From: Squalus acanthias
Taxonomy: Eukaryota
Direction: 5' to 3'
Assembly: GCA_030390025.1 (NCBI GenBank)
Contig: CM059438.1
Coordinates: 67,954,001-68,018,000, forward strand
Length of the DNA stretch: 64,000 bases
A model generated the notes under the pieces. That model saw nothing but the letters and a program-made list of their open reading frames with translations. It made no database searches and had not been told where the DNA came from. Position 1 is the stretch's first letter; the number at the start of each line of letters is the position of its first letter. A program made the translations under genes and the position numbers. Positions 1 through 13,619 of this stretch are shown piece by piece.

Positions 1-521
1 TCCTTGGTGAAATGGATGTGATTGTGCGCGATGGCAAAGAGGGCATCGGTTACCTGCATGATGCAGGTGTGTGCGGCCGCCTGGGAGATGCCGCTGATGT
101 ATGCTGCTGATCCCTGGAATGAGCCTGAGGCAAAAAAGTTGAGTGCGGTGGTGACTTTGACGGCCACTGGTAAGGGGTGTCCACCTGGTCCTCTGGGCTC
201 CAGGTCTTGTTCCAGCATTGCGCAGATGTCACCCACTACCTCTCGCAAAAGTCGGAGCCGCCTTTGGCACTGCTGCTCACACATTTTGAGGTAGCTGACC
301 CTCTGTCTGTAGACCCTGTTTGGGGGGTGTCTCCTGCGCCGACGGCCTTCCATGCACTGGCTCCTTCTGTCCTGTGCAGCTTCAGGTGGGTGAGCAGCAG
401 CTTGGCGCCCCAGCTGTTGCTGCTGCTGTTGGTGCTGCTGTTGTTCATGGTTCTGCTGGTGCCGCGGCTGCTGTTCCTCCTCATCGGATGCCCAGGAGGG
501 AAGGAAATAAATGGCTCCCAT
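1..521 (-). CDS. Harbinger (HARBI1-like) DDE transposase, N-terminal part, open to the window edge
   Basis: Manual translation from ATG 521 gives 173 stop-free codons: [18 protein letters not shown]...[39 protein letters not shown]...[46 protein letters not shown]. The [20 protein letters not shown] motifs are typical of HARBI1-type transposases. It is absent from the ORF track because no stop codon lies in the window. Confidence 0.85.
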   Translation of the reverse strand, partial: MGAIYFLPSWASDEEEQQPRHQQNHEQQQHQQQQQQLGRQAAAHPPEAAQDRRSQCMEGRRRRRHPPNRVYRQRVSYLKMCEQQCQRRLRLLREVVGDICAMLEQDLEPRGPGGHPLPVAVKVTTALNFFASGSFQGSAAYISGISQAAAHTCIMQVTDALFAIAHNHIHFTK

Positions 522-1052
522 GCCTCTGGTATATGTCTCAGTTGAGGAAGCGCTCAATGAGGGTGGAGAGAGGGGGTTCCCAGGAGGTCACACTGCAGAT
601 GGGTGTCAGGCTCCAAACTTCCAGAGCTGTGGTTATGCCTTCTAAAAGTTCCCCCCAGACCTGTGACAACAAAGTCCTGCCACTTGCAATTGATGGCTGA
701 TCAAATCTCCTATTTAAAGGTTGAGCTACAGCTGATAGTCAGCTATCCACTTGTGCTCCCACCAGGTTTCACTGGCGTGTTTCACATCAGGCGTGCTTCA
801 CGTGGGAAAAGGGTTAAACTAGCTAAAACGTTTTAAAATGGCATTACAGAGCCAATTTAGGGATTGTTAAGGGCTTTAATGGCCTCTCCCGCCTCTTGGA
901 GGCAGGACGGAGTCGGGAACCCCGCGACCGATTTTGTCAAAATTGCGTGGAGGCGGAATGGAGTCGGGATCAGGTCCGCCCGCCACTTTTCGCTATTTTA
1001 ACCCCGCACACGCCTCCAAACCCGCCTCCATGGGTCATTGAAAATCCAGCCC
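1..1052 (-). mobile_element. PIF/Harbinger DNA transposon, transposase-side end (truncated by window edge)
   Basis: Terminus reads GGGCTGGATTTTC on the minus strand at 1052, followed by a GC-rich subterminal region (~880-1040) and a HARBI1-like transposase ORF starting at 521. Confidence 0.85.
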
Positions 1053-1748
1053 TTTGACTTCATCAAGCACCTTTAACAAAATAAGGCATCCCCCCACCGC
1101 ATCCCCCCCCCCCCCCCAGGTGGCTCGCAGTGCAAAGATCAAAGGCCTGTGTGCTTCCTTCCATTTATTTCTCCCATTTATAATTAAGTGGTACCTGTTA
1201 CGTCAGCACTTGTGCAAGCCTGACATTCAGGGGAATGGTCGTCAATTTTTCAGAAATTCTCATGATTTTCTCGAACTATTTGCGTACCATCAATATTAAT
1301 TGTTCATGACTGCAGATGTTTTGCTATTGAGCAGCTATGATGGGTATTTGAGCATCAGTGGTTTCTGCAATCGAATGCTTTTTACAGTGCAATTTTCAGG
1401 TACAATTTTAATTAGCTCCTAAATTTACAGTCTATTATCCAGTGTTTGTCAGCTTTAAAATGGTCACTAAGAAGTTTGGTTTTCAGTTTAACAGTTGATT
1501 GGATTAAACAGAATCATTTGCATCACCAAATCTGATATTCGTGTTTAATCTGCTATCGAGCCTGCCAATGATTAGTGTTGTGAATCAATTTCAATGAACA
1601 AGTAAGTGCTACAGTTGGTAATTTAGCTGCATTAGATTAAACAGAGCATTTTGCTGTTCATTCTGGTATGGACCATCCTGGAATGATGTCATTGTACATC
1701 ATGTGCGTACTGCTTTGTACCACAGTAATTACGAAAATCCAATACTAT

Positions 1749-2162
1749 TACAACAACAACAACTTGTATTTATATAGCGCCTTTACCACAGTAAAACATC
1801 CTAAGGCGCTGCACAGGAGTGTTATAAGACAAAAAATGTTACATCGAGCCACCTAAGGAGAAATGAGGGCAGGTGACCAAAAGCTTGGTCAAAGAGGTAG
1901 GTTTTAAGGAGCGTCTTAAAGGAGGAAAGTGAGGTAGCGAGGCGGAGAGGTTTAGGCAGGGAATTCCAGAGCTTAGTGCCTAGGCAACAGAAGGCACGGC
2001 CACCAATGAGCAATTATAATCAGGGATCCTCAGGAGGGCAGAATTAGAGGAGCGCAGATATCTTGGGGGGGGGGGGGGAGGCGCTGAATGAGATTACAGA
2101 GATAGGAAGGGGCGAGGCCATGGAGGGATTTGAAAACAAGGATGAGAATTTCAAAATCGAGG
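1749..2162 (-). mobile_element. L2-clade LINE 3' fragment
   Basis: ORF 1822..2013 (GGRAF...LWNSLP...SSFKTLLKTYLFDQAF) and a (TTG)n tail; same family as 19098-20335 and 30577-31897. Confidence 0.85.
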
Positions 2163-3339
2163 TATGTGACATTGAGAACCAACATTATACGTGTACGTTA
2201 AAGAAGAAATCCGAGACAGACATGGTTTGCATCTTTGCATAAAGCAGGTCTGATAACTGAAGTTGGAATCATAAGTTAGCAGCCAACAGAAAAAGGAAAT
2301 GTTTATTACTCGCATTTGAAGACCAGTTCAATTGTCAGTCACTCATGGTCCTCCGATCTGGATCACAGCTATCTGAAGCAACTCTGGCCTGTTTGCAATT
2401 GGGTTACCTTTGCCTGCTGATATTTACCTATTTTGACCAACAAGAGACATTTACTTTGAAATATCATTCAGGTTAGTGCAAAGATAGTACTGTACATGCC
2501 AATTAAAAAAAAAAACTCCTTTAAAAGTTCACTGTTTTCAGTCGAAAGCTGTAAATCCTATTCGAGCAAAATGTAGTTACATGCTTTCATATCCAGCAGT
2601 CAGTACCTGTGATAAATGGGGATGCCTGTTTTAACAACTAGAGCAGAACAGCTGTGTAAACAGTTCCATGAAACAAGTATTATATTCAAACTGGGCACCA
2701 TTCTACTGATGACAGTGAGTAATGTCCCACTGAAGCTACATTTTCACTGCATCACAATGTAAAACTATCCAGCATAACAAAATAACTGTCAAAGCATCAG
2801 ACGAAAGATATTTCATGAATAGCATTCAGCTACTGAATAATCTAAGCTGTTCCACTTATAAGAGCACTCTCCCTTTAAATGACCTTGAACAATGGTACCG
2901 AGGAGGCTTTTGCAGCTGGTTGATCGTTACTCTTTATCTGTCAGTGAAGCAGTGTCTTTTACTTCATTTTTGCTTTTGTTAAATTTATAGCCTTAAATTT
3001 TGTTCCCTCTTCATATTAAATGGCTCGTATTTCATACATTTCCATCGGGGTATCTAGCTCTTCAGAGACCTGATGCAATGTATCCCAAAGCTTTGACACC
3101 TCAGATAAATGGGTTGGAAGGTTGGTATTTGCTAAATCTCCATCCTGGAATTACTCCCCGATGGCTGACTGAAAAATTCAACCACCTCCCATCGCTCAAT
3201 CTGCACTGAGCTCTCCCTACCAGGAAGGACCCCGATCCAATCCATGGTCTGTACTCCGGGTGCGGGTCTTGGCTGCAATAGTAGGTGGGGGGGAGGGGAA
3301 GGTGGCAAAAATTGAGCTAATTTCCCCAGTGCTTGAGAG

Positions 3340-3560
3340 GGGGGAAAAAACAGCCAGGATTCTCACTCCTGGTCGCTATCGAGAGACACCTGCTGGAAGG
3401 TGCACATTTGTGAGCATCTGGTGAGGACAGAACCAAGGTTACCTCTTAACACCTTCCGTAGCCCAGCGACCTGCCAGTACTACCTTAGCTCACACGTGAA
3501 GAATGCAACTCGGTCAAGAGATTGGAACTTTCCTAGGGCCTCTGGAACACCAGCAAAGAT
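3340..3560 (+). repeat. Ancient interspersed repeat (unclassified, SINE-like)
   Basis: Diverged similarity (cagccagg(a/g)tt...ggtgaggacag...cacacgtgaagaatg) to 30325-30530, 47697-47900 and, inverted, ~14150-14330. Confidence 0.45.
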
Positions 3561-3644
3561 TAACAGCGACAATAAAATAAGAGAAAAATGCTGAAATTAT
3601 GTTAAGTGAAATAGGCAAGTGAGCTCATGACTTAACTCATGCTG

Positions 3645-4075
3645 TGTCAGCTGTGGCTCAGTGGATAGCACCCTCGCCTCTGAATAAGAAGGTTGTGGGT
3701 TCAAGTCCCACTCCAGAGACTTGAGCACAAAAATCTAGGCTGACACTCCAGTGCAGTGCTGAGGGAGTGCTGCACTGTCGGTGGTTTCAGATGAGATGTT
3801 AAACTGAGGCCCTGTCTGCTCTCTCAGGTGGATGTAAAAGATCCCATGGCACTATTTCGAAGGTGAGCAAGGGAAGTTATCCCTGGTGTCCTGATCAATA
3901 TTTATCCCTCAATCAACTTCACTAAAACAGATTATTTGGTTATTATCACATTGCTGTGCGCAAATTGCTGCTGCGTTACCTACAGTGACTCTACTTCAAA
4001 AAAGTACTTCATTGGCTGTGAAGCGCTTTGGGGCATCCAATGGTCGTGAAAGGCGCGATATAAATGCAAGTGTTT
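3645..4075 (+). mobile_element. tRNA-derived DeuSINE (SacSINE1-like)
   Basis: A-box tggctcagtgg, B-box ggttcaagtcc, Deu-like core gctgacactccagtgcagt...gatgtaaaagatcccatggcact, and an L2-like tail ending tataaatgcaagt. Confidence 0.85.
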
Positions 4076-4091
4076 CATTAAGAAGGCCAAC

Positions 4092-4515
4092 CATCAGTTT
4101 TGGCTCAGTGGTAGCACTCTCGGTTCTGAGTCAGACGATCATGGGGTCAAGCCCCACTCCAGAGACTTGAGCACTTCAGTGCAGTACTGAGGGAGGGTTG
4201 ATCTGTCAAAAGTGCTGTCTTTCAGGTAAGGCATTAAACCGAAGCCTCACCTGTCCTCTGAGGTGGATGTAAAAGATCCACATGATGATATTTGAAGAAA
4301 GGGAAGTTCACCTGGTGTCCTGGCCAACATTTATCCCTCAATTCACATAAAGCAAAACTGGCTATCTCATTGCTGTTTGTGGGACCTTGTGTGCAAATTG
4401 GTTGCCTGTATTACGACAGTGACTACACTTCAAAAGTATTTCATTGGCTGTAAAATACTTTGGAATGTCTTAAGCTTGTAAAAGGTGCTATGTCAATGCA
4501 AGCTCTTTTTTCTTT
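4092..4515 (+). mobile_element. DeuSINE, older diverged copy in tandem with the previous one
   Basis: Same head, core and tail motifs with more substitutions and deletions. Confidence 0.75.
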
Positions 4516-4544
4516 TTCTTAATGATTGCTTTGCGATATTTATG

Positions 4545-5170
4545 AGTCTAAATGGGGTAGAGGAACAAAGGGATCTAGGTGTACAAATTGACAAATCATT
4601 AAAAGTAGAAACATAGGTTAACAAAGCCATAAAAATGCAAACAAAGCACTGAGGTTCATCTCTAGAGGAACTGAATTTAAAAGCAGAGAAATTGTGTTCA
4701 ACTTATATCGAACCGTGGTTAGACTATGCTTAGAGTAATGTGCACAGTTCTGATCTCCATATTACAAAAAGGATATAGAAGCATATGAATTGCAGAAAAG
4801 ATTTACACAGTTGATACCAGAACTGAGAGAGTGCAACTATCAGGAAAAGCTGAACAGGCTGGGTTCTTTTCACTAGAAAAGAGAAGACTGAGAGGTGACC
4901 AGATAGAGGTCTTTAAAATTATGAAGGGGTTTGATAGGGTAGAGTACACAGAGAAGATGTTTCCAGTTGTGGGGAAGTCTAAAGCTAGGGGCCGTAAATA
5001 TAAGAGAGTCACTAATAAATCTAATAAGGAATCCAGAAGAAAAATCTTTAGAAGAGTGGGGAGAATGTGGAAACTTGCTACCACATGGAATGGTTGAGTC
5101 GAATAGCATACATGCATTTAATGGAAAGCTAGATACGTACATGAGGGAGAAAGGAATAGAAGGATATGTT
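4545..5170 (+). mobile_element. CR1 LINE 3' fragment (degenerate)
   Basis: ORF pieces FSLEKRRLRGDQIEVFKIMKGFDRV and FNGKLDTYM match the CR1 ORF2 C-terminus. Confidence 0.85.
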
Positions 5171-6043
5171 TTGCCTGGCGCCATCATCCCTTGCAAGTCT
5201 GAGCATCGGGAAGATGAAATATTTACGTAATCATGCACGTCGGTGGGCCCTTGGAGATAGCTTTACAATTCTTTTGTTCATGCTGACAGACTGTAACTGA
5301 AGGTCGAATTCATTCGTCACAGATTGAAATGTGTGCGTTTACTGAAAGTGGTGATGGAATTTGTTACTGCAATGAAGTCAATGGTACATTCAACTTACTT
5401 ATGAGAAGTTTGTAATCTGCAGATGCATCTTTGTTTTTTAGAAGTGTACTTTTGCCATGAATTTCTGGCATACAATTATTGCATCTGCATTTTACAATTA
5501 AAAGATTTAAAAATGATTTCTTAAGTATAGTCTCCATTGAGAAACTTCTAATAGAAGATGGCACATTTGAAACTATTAAAGTAATCCGTGCAAAAATGGT
5601 GGAGGATTTGGTGAAGTCCATTATTAACATCATTTAACTTGATCCAAAGTGCAAAGACCAGTTTCAGTAAGTCTCAAATTTATAACAGATATGATCTTTA
5701 AAGACCTCAGCTGTTATACAGGACATTAACAACTTGAGTTTTTCCCCCCCAAACATAAACCTAGGTCGGATCGAACCCTTTGCCAAGTCATCAAACATCT
5801 ACAATGTGTGGAATATGTTGCTTTATGATTCCAGATACAATTGGGTTGTATTGTAAGTTACTGAAAGTACATCTCAGCTACTCTCTATAGCATCATAAGT
5901 AGGTCCATTTCAATATGCACCAAGTATTGATTAAATGCATTTGGAGCTTTCAGAAAAGGTTGATACATTTCTAGTTTCTTAATGGCATAAAAAGTACAAG
6001 GAAATACACAACCCTGCTGAACTCTCCTTCATCATCATCGTTA

Positions 6044-6360
6044 CGAGATATCTGCGCTCCTCTAATTCTGGCCTCTTGAGCATCCCTGATTTTAATTGCT
6101 GAACCATTGGTGGTTGTGCCTTCAGCTGCCAAGGCCCTAAGCTCTGGAATTTCCTCCCTAAACCCTTCCGCCTCTCTACCTCTCATCCCTCCTTTAAGAT
6201 GCTCCTTAAAATCTACCTCTTTGACCAAGCTTTTGGTCATTTCCCTTAATTTCTCCTTATGTGGCTCGGTGACAAATTTTGTTTTATAACGCTCCTGTAA
6301 AGCGCCTTGGGAAGTTTTACTACATTAAAGGCACTATATAAATACAAGTTGTCATTGTTA
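6044..6360 (+). mobile_element. L2 LINE 3' fragment
   Basis: Reverse-complement match to the L2 3' end at 1749-2162; tail tataaatacaagttgtc. Confidence 0.8.
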
Positions 6361-7049
6361 ACCACTTTGCCCAGTTCATAATGCCTCAGAGTAACTTTTC
6401 CCGAGCTGGGAAACAGTTCCAATGTAAGAATAGTCAGTTGCCCATGTCATTCCTACAGATCTTTGATACTAAAATTTGATGTTGAGGAATTATGAGTAAT
6501 TCAATGTAACATTGAGTACAAAGCCCCTTAACAAGTCTTTGACTTGTTCCCACCACAAAAAAAACTCAATGGGAAAGACTGAGATTTTCAGTCCCCATCT
6601 TCATTTACTCATATGGATGACACCAAAATTCAACAAACTTTAAAACTATTTTTAATAACTTATTTTTCATTCCATTGTTCGATGAATTTTGCTTATGATA
6701 GTGATAGAAAATGGTTTGGTTTTCACCATTAATAATTTATGAATTGATGTACTTGTTTTCATAATTGGGCCACTTGTCTCTTGTGGAATTCCTCGACTGT
6801 TCCTCACAGATTAGTAGCCCTGGATTGAAAGAAAAAGCAGAAGCTTCATGAAGGTTTGAGTGAGTTCCTGTGAAACAACAGTTGGCTCTTAGTAGGCACA
6901 GTATTCAACCCCATTGGACAAGAATAGGCCAGGTTGTCGATGAGAATGGATTGTGCTCTTCTGGCTCAACATTTTCCTTTTAGTGCTAGGTGCAAATACG
7001 AACTTGGGCTTCTGGCAAGTTGCTGTTTTTACATTCACTATTGGCAGAG

Positions 7050-8140
7050 AGGATAGTCAGGAGTGGAGCTGTTTGTTGATAATTCCACAGTGTTGAACTC
7101 CATTCACAATTCTTCGGATAATAAAGTAGCCCATGCTAGCCAACAGCAGGATCTGTACAACTTCTAGACTTGGGCTGACAAGTGGCAGGTTACATTCATG
7201 CCACCTAACTGCCAGGCGATGACCATCTGCAAAAAGAGTAAGGCCAATCACCTCTCCCTGACCTTCATCATGGAGTCCCCCATTTCAACATACCTGGGGA
7301 CACTACTGTCCTGAAACTTAACTGGGCCAGCCATATCAGCACAGTGGCTACGAGAGCAGAGCGGAGGCTGGGTACACTGTGAATAGTACTCTCCTGACCC
7401 CTCAGAACCTCTTCTGCATCTACAGTGTGATGGCTAATTCACCCTTTACCTGGGTGGATGCAGCCACAACAACACTTAAGAAACTTGACAAAATTCAGGA
7501 CAGAGCAGTCCGTTTGATCGAGCCCACTATCGCTGGATCCTGTGGAATTCTCTACCACACAAGGCAGTTGAGGCCAATTCATTAAATATATTCAAGAAGG
7601 AGTTAGATATATTTCTTAAGGCTAAAGGGATCAAGGGATATGGGGAGAAAGCAGGGACAGGGTACTGAATTTGGATGATCAGCCATGATCTCATTAAATG
7701 GCGGAACAGGCTCGAGGGGCCGAATGGCCTACTCCTGCTCCTATCTTCTATGTTTCTATGTTTCTATGATCTGATATCCATCCCCTGAACCACACTGTAA
7801 CTGCAGTATGTCCTGTCCACAGGATGCACTGCAACAAGAACAAGCCCTGTGACCTTTATCACTGAGAATGACAAGAGGAGCAATATCATGGGAACAACAT
7901 CGTCTTGAACTTGCGTTCTAAGTCACACAGCATCCTAACTTGAACATCTCTAACTGTTTATAACAGTTCCTTCATTGTTCTTGGGTCAAAATCCTAGAAT
8001 TCCTCACCTAACAGCACCATGGCAGCATTATCACCAGAAGAACTGCAGCAGTTCAAGCAGAAGGCCCACCATCACCATCTCAGGGCAACTAAGGATGGGC
8101 AATAAATGTGACCTTGCCAGTGTCACCCACATCCTGAAAA
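7050..8140 (+). mobile_element. Degenerate LINE 3' fragment (CR1-group family 'B') with a nested CR1 3' end at ~7551-7770
   Basis: LKKLDKIQDRAVRLI and a 3' end agggcaactaaggatgggcaataaatg, as at 51070-51670. The nested piece ends in (tatgtttc)n and is bounded by gatc on both sides. Confidence 0.7.
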
Positions 8141-9837
8141 TATATATATTATTTTAAAAGTTCTTGAGCCTGATTGGGAGATATTTAGGATGCATTTAGC
8201 TAGCATCTTTTTTTTTCCCAACTGGCAAACACAAGAAAAGTGGTCATATCAGGATATGGATGTCCTACTTAGAGGAGCTCTTAATTGTGAATGAATAATT
8301 CTCTTTGTTTAATTGCTTTTAAGGAGAATGGTCACAATTCTATTTAGGCAGAAGTGCAACAAGGGGGTAGCAAGAAATCCCAGCACGGTTTTGATGGGAA
8401 AGTGTCAAAAGTATTAAAAATAAGATGAATAATGGCTTACCTTTTATTGGTAGCAACAGTCCATTCTTCTGAATGCAATGTAGAAATTGACCACTGGGAC
8501 ACTGTTCACCTGGTCCCATTTCATTTGAGATCTTTGCACCCTTGAACTTGGACAGAAGCAAGATGGAATAATGTGCCTTATTCGGCACCACTTTTGTTCC
8601 GCTTTTGATTGCATTGTAGATTATTGTCCAATAATGCTTGTCTCCATCTCAGCAATAAGACAATAATGCAATGCGAGGGATCAAACGAAATAAATAGGCC
8701 AAGGGCTCTCTGTTCAAGTTGCCTAAATAAAAAGGCTGCTTTTTTAGATAGCTTAAAGAAACTAACAAGTTAAGAAAGTTCAATTGTCTTACAATTTGAA
8801 TATGTATTCAAGTAAAAACGTGTCTGTAATATTGAGTGGGATTCAGTGAACTTGAATTTGATAACCGATGGTGCATTCACTGAGAAGTTAAGCAGACCAA
8901 ATTTCTCAGTGCAGTGCAAGCATAACCCATTAGAATGATCTCATTTGATAGGTTGACTGTTACACTTTTAATGTCAATGGGCCCCGGTTGACATGGGTGA
9001 AGAATGGCGTTGCAATGGGAGTAATCACTTGTGGAAGCAATGCTGATCTACCCAGCTGTTGTTCAGAGACTATGGTAAGAAGTGACTGAAGTTGAAAGAG
9101 GTATGAATATTTTAGAAGTATTTGCTTTAGTGTTTTGTTCCAGAATGGTTTTAGTTATCTCATTGTCATGCTTGCATACTTCTAAAAATGTGGCTTCAGG
9201 CTGTGAAGTGTTTTCCATCATCACTGAAGCTTTGCATTATTGTTTACAGAAGAGCGAAATGAAACTCGACCTGGGAATACCATTTCAAGTGCGAGGACTT
9301 TCGCAGGTGACAGTTCGTCAAGGGCTTTTAGATACAAAGACATCAACAATTATTGGCCTTTTAAAAACGACAAAGGCTGCAAGAACACGATAATCGTACT
9401 TTCCAAAGAAAGATGTGCTAAGTGAAACCAAGCTGCCTGTGAAATGGTGAGTGGGAGAAACTCAGGATTCCATCCACTTGAGCTGGGAGCTTCCTTCTCA
9501 CTTTGCTCAGAATTGGCTGCTGGCACAGTCGAAGAATTCTACTTAACTGAAACCCTCTCAATCAATTAAAACCGAGGTGTTTTGGGAAATGATTATCACA
9601 GTGCTGGAGGAGGAAGTTATTTTTTTGTTCATTGAGCACTTCTGAAGCACATGCAGGGTTGGCTACAGGATAGATTAGAAGCAATGATGGACTTAACTCG
9701 TGTAATGCCAACAATTCAATTTGAACAAAGCTCAGAAGGCTGCTCTCTGCTCTATTATAATATGTACAGGACAATGCATATCATGGCAGCAATACAAACG
9801 TAAGGTGTAATGCTTTCCTCCATGTCAAGTAATCCAG

Positions 9838-12800
9838 TAAGAACATAAGAACATAAGAAATAGGAGCAGGAGTAGGCCATTCGGCCCCTCGAGCCTGCTC
9901 TGCCATTCAATGAGATCATGGCTGAGCTTCTGCCTCAACTCCATTCACCGGCCCTATCGCCATATCCCTTGATGCCTTTACTAGTCAGAAATCTATCGAC
10001 TTCTGTTTTGAATATACCCAATGACTGAGCCTCCACAGCCCTCTGGGGTAGAGAATTTCAAAGATTCACCACCCTCTGTGTGAAGAAATTCCTTCTCATC
10101 TCAGTCCTGAATGGCCTACCTTTTATCCTGAGGCTGTGGCCCCTGGTTCTAGACTCCCCAGCCAAGGGAAACATTCTCCCAGCATCCACCCTATCAAGCC
10201 CTGTAATAATTTTGTATGCTTCAATGAGATCCCCTCTCATTCTTCTGAATTCAAGAGAATACAGGCCTTGTTTACTCAATCTCTTCTCATACGACAGTCC
10301 TGCCATCCCAGGAATCAATCTTGTGAACCTTCGTTGCACTCCCTCTATGGCAAATATATCCTTCCTTAGGTAAGGAGACCAAAATTTTACACAGTACTCC
10401 AGGTGTGGTCTCACCAAGGCCTTATATAATTGAAGTAAGACTTCTTTACTCCTGTACTCAAATCCTCTTGTAATGAAGGCCAGCATACCATTTGCCTTCC
10501 TAATGGCTTGCTGCACCTGCACATTCACTTTCAGTGACTCATGTACAAGGACACCCAGGTTCCTTTGAGCATTTGCATTCCCCAATCTTTCACCATTTAG
10601 GAAATACTCTGCCTTTCTGTTTTTTCTACCAAAGTGGATAACTTCACATTTATCCACATTATATTCCATCTGCCATGTTTTTTGCCCACTCACTGAGCCT
10701 GTCGAGATCCCCTTGAAGCCTCTTCACATCCTCTTCACAACTGACACTGCCACCTAGCTTTGTATCATCAGCAAATTTGGAAATGTTACATTTAGTCCCC
10801 TCATCCAAATCATTGATATAGATTGTGAATAGCTGGGGCCCAAGCTCCGATCCTTGCGGTACCCCACTCGTCACAGCCTGCCATCCTGAAAAAGACCCAT
10901 TTATCCCTACTCTTTGTTTTCTGTCTGTTAACCAATTCTCAATCCATGCTAGTATATTACCCCAAATTCCATGCGCCCTAATTTTGTTCACCAACCTCTT
11001 GTGTGGGTCCTTATCGAAGGCCTCTGAAAATCCAGATACACTACATCTACCGGTTCCCCTTTGTCTACTCCACTAGCTACATCCTCAAAGAACTCCAATA
11101 GGTTTGTCAAACAGGATTTCCCTTTCATAAATCCATGTTGACTCTGCCCAATCTTACTATTAGTTTCTAAGTGCCCAGTTATTGCATCCTTTATAGTAGA
11201 TTCCAGCATTTTCCCAACTACTGATGTGAGGCTAACAGGTCTGTCGTTCCCTGTTTTCTCTCTCCCTCCTTTCTTAAATAGTGGGGTTACATTTGCTATC
11301 CTCCAATCTGCAGGAACCATTCCAAAATCTATAGAATTTTGGAAGATGACAACCAATGCATCCACTATCCCAATGGCCACCTCTTTCAAAACCCTAGGAT
11401 GTAGGTCATCCGGTCCTTGGGATTTGTCGACTTTTAGTCCCATTAATTTTGCTAGTAGTGTTTTTTTACTAATAATAATTTCTTTGCGTTCCTCATTCTC
11501 GCCACACCCTTGGTTTTCTCATATTTCTGGGAGGTTTTTTGTGTCTTTCTCCGTGAAGACAGAAACAAAGTATTTATTTAATTTCCCTGCCATTTCCTCA
11601 TTAACCATTATAAATTCTCCCGTCTCTGACTGTAAAGGACCTACATTTACCTTCGCCAGTCTTTTCCTTTTCACATACCTATAGAAGCTTTTGCAATCCG
11701 TTTTTATATTTTTCGCTAGTTTGTGCTCATATTCCATTTTCCCTTTCTTTATCAATTTCTTGGTCCCCCTTTGCTGATTTCTAAAAAGATCCCAATCCTG
11801 ACCGCTTTTTCTGGCAACTTTATAAGCTTCCTCCTTTGACTTAATACTAGCTTTAATTTCTTTTGTTAGCCATGGTTGGATCACTTTTCCTTTTGGGTTT
11901 TTATGCCCTAGAGGAGTATATGTTTGTTGCAAATTATGCATTATTTCCTTGAATGTTAGCCATTGTATGTCCACCTTCATACCTTTTAGTGTAATCTCCC
12001 AATCTACCATGGTCAACTTATCCCTCATACCCTTGTAGTTTCCTCTGTTTAGATTGAAGACCTTAGTTTCAGATTGGACGACATCACTCTCAAACTTAAT
12101 GTAAAATTCAATCATATTATGGTCACTTGTCCCTAAAGGCCCCTTTACCACAAGATTATTGATTAGCCCTTTCTCATTACACAGTACCAGATCCAGAATA
12201 GCCTGTTCCCTGGTTGGTTCCTCCACATACTGATCCAGGAAACCATCTTGCACGCATTCCAAGAATTCGTCCTCCACACCATTAGTGGTAATTTGATTTG
12301 CCCAGTCAATATGTAGATTAAAGTCCCCCATGATGGCGATAGGGCTGGTGAATGGAGTTGAGGCAGATATGGAGATAGGGCCGGTGAATGGAGTTGAGGC
12401 AGAAGATCAGCCATGATCTCATTGAATGGCGGAGCAGGCTCGAAGGGCCGAATGGCCTACTCCTGTTCCTATTTCTTATGTTCTTATGATTACCGTATTG
12501 CCCTTGTTACATGCACTTCTAATTTCTTGATTGATACTGTGCCCTACATTACCACTACTATTTGGTGGCCTATACACGACTCCCACCAATGTTTTCAGCC
12601 CTTTGCTGTTTCTTAGCTCCACCCAAACTGATTCCAGTTCTACATCACGACCTGCCGAGCCAAGATCTTTTATCTCTACCGTACCAATCTCATCCCTTAT
12701 TAACAGCGCTACGCCACCTCCTTTTCCTTTTTGTCTGCCCTTCCTAAATGTTGAGTACCCTGGAACATTCAGTTCCCAGCTTTGGTTACCCTGCAACCAT

Positions 12801-13545
12801 GTCTCTGTAATGGCAATTACATCATACCCATTTACTTCTATTTGTGCCATTAATTCATCCACCTTGTTGTGAATGCTATGTGCATTTAGATATACTGCCT
12901 TCAACTTTGCCTGTTTAATATTTTTCTGCACTTTGACCCTCTTTACTGTTGGCCCTTTTTTCTGCTCCCTACTAGTTTTGCTGACTACTTTTCTAACTTG
13001 CACTTCCAGCTTTGTTTCTCTCCATTCTGGGCCCACACTTAGGTTCCCAGCCCCCTGACAAACTAGTTTAAATCCTTCCCAACAGCACTAGCAAAACCCC
13101 TGCGAGGATATTGGTCCCAGTTCTGCTGAGGTGTAACCCGTCCAGCTTGTACAGGTCCCACCTTCCCCAGAATCGGTCCCAATGCCTCAGGAATTTAAAT
13201 CCCTCCCTCCTACACCATCTCTCCAGCCACGCATTCATCTGGTCTATTCTCCTATTTCAGCTCTCGCTAGCATGTGGCACTGGGAGTAATCCTGAGACTA
13301 CTACCTTTGAGGTCCTGCTTTTTAATTTATTTACCAGCTCCCTATATTCTGCTTGCAGGACCTCGTCCCTCTTTCTATCTATGTCGTTGGTACCGATGTG
13401 GACCACGACCTCTGGCTGTTCACCCTCGCCCTTCAGAATGTCCTGCAGCTGCTCAGTGACATCCTTGACCCTGGCACCAGGGAGGCAACATACCATCCTG
13501 GAGTCACGTCTTTGGCCACAGAAATGTCTATCTGTTCCCCTTACG
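9838..13545 (-). mobile_element. Long CR1 LINE: ORF1 esterase fragment plus frameshifted ORF2 (APE endonuclease + RT)
   Basis: ORF1 SGNH-esterase-like motifs CLPGARVKDV, VVVHIGTND; endonuclease [45 protein letters not shown]; tail (TTCTTATG)n. Split over several ORFs by frameshifts and an insertion. Confidence 0.95.
12335..12490 (+). mobile_element. Short CR1 3'-end copy inserted antisense into the long CR1
   Basis: Interrupts GNTVI|MGDFN; ATGAT duplicated at 12330-12334 and 12486-12490; ends in ttcttatgttcttatg. Confidence 0.85.
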
Positions 13546-13619
13546 AAAGCAACACCCTAAGTACTTACTGCTTGATGTTTATAGCTTTTTACAGGCAAAA
13601 CAAAGAGATGTAGAGATTA

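Noticed and set aside
3645..3720. tRNA genes at SINE heads
   Set aside because: A/B boxes run directly into the SINE core and there is no cloverleaf acceptor stem.
9250..9446. Possible host exon (ag...gtgagt bounded)
   Set aside because: All three frames contain stops and no peptide is recognisable; a non-coding exon cannot be excluded.
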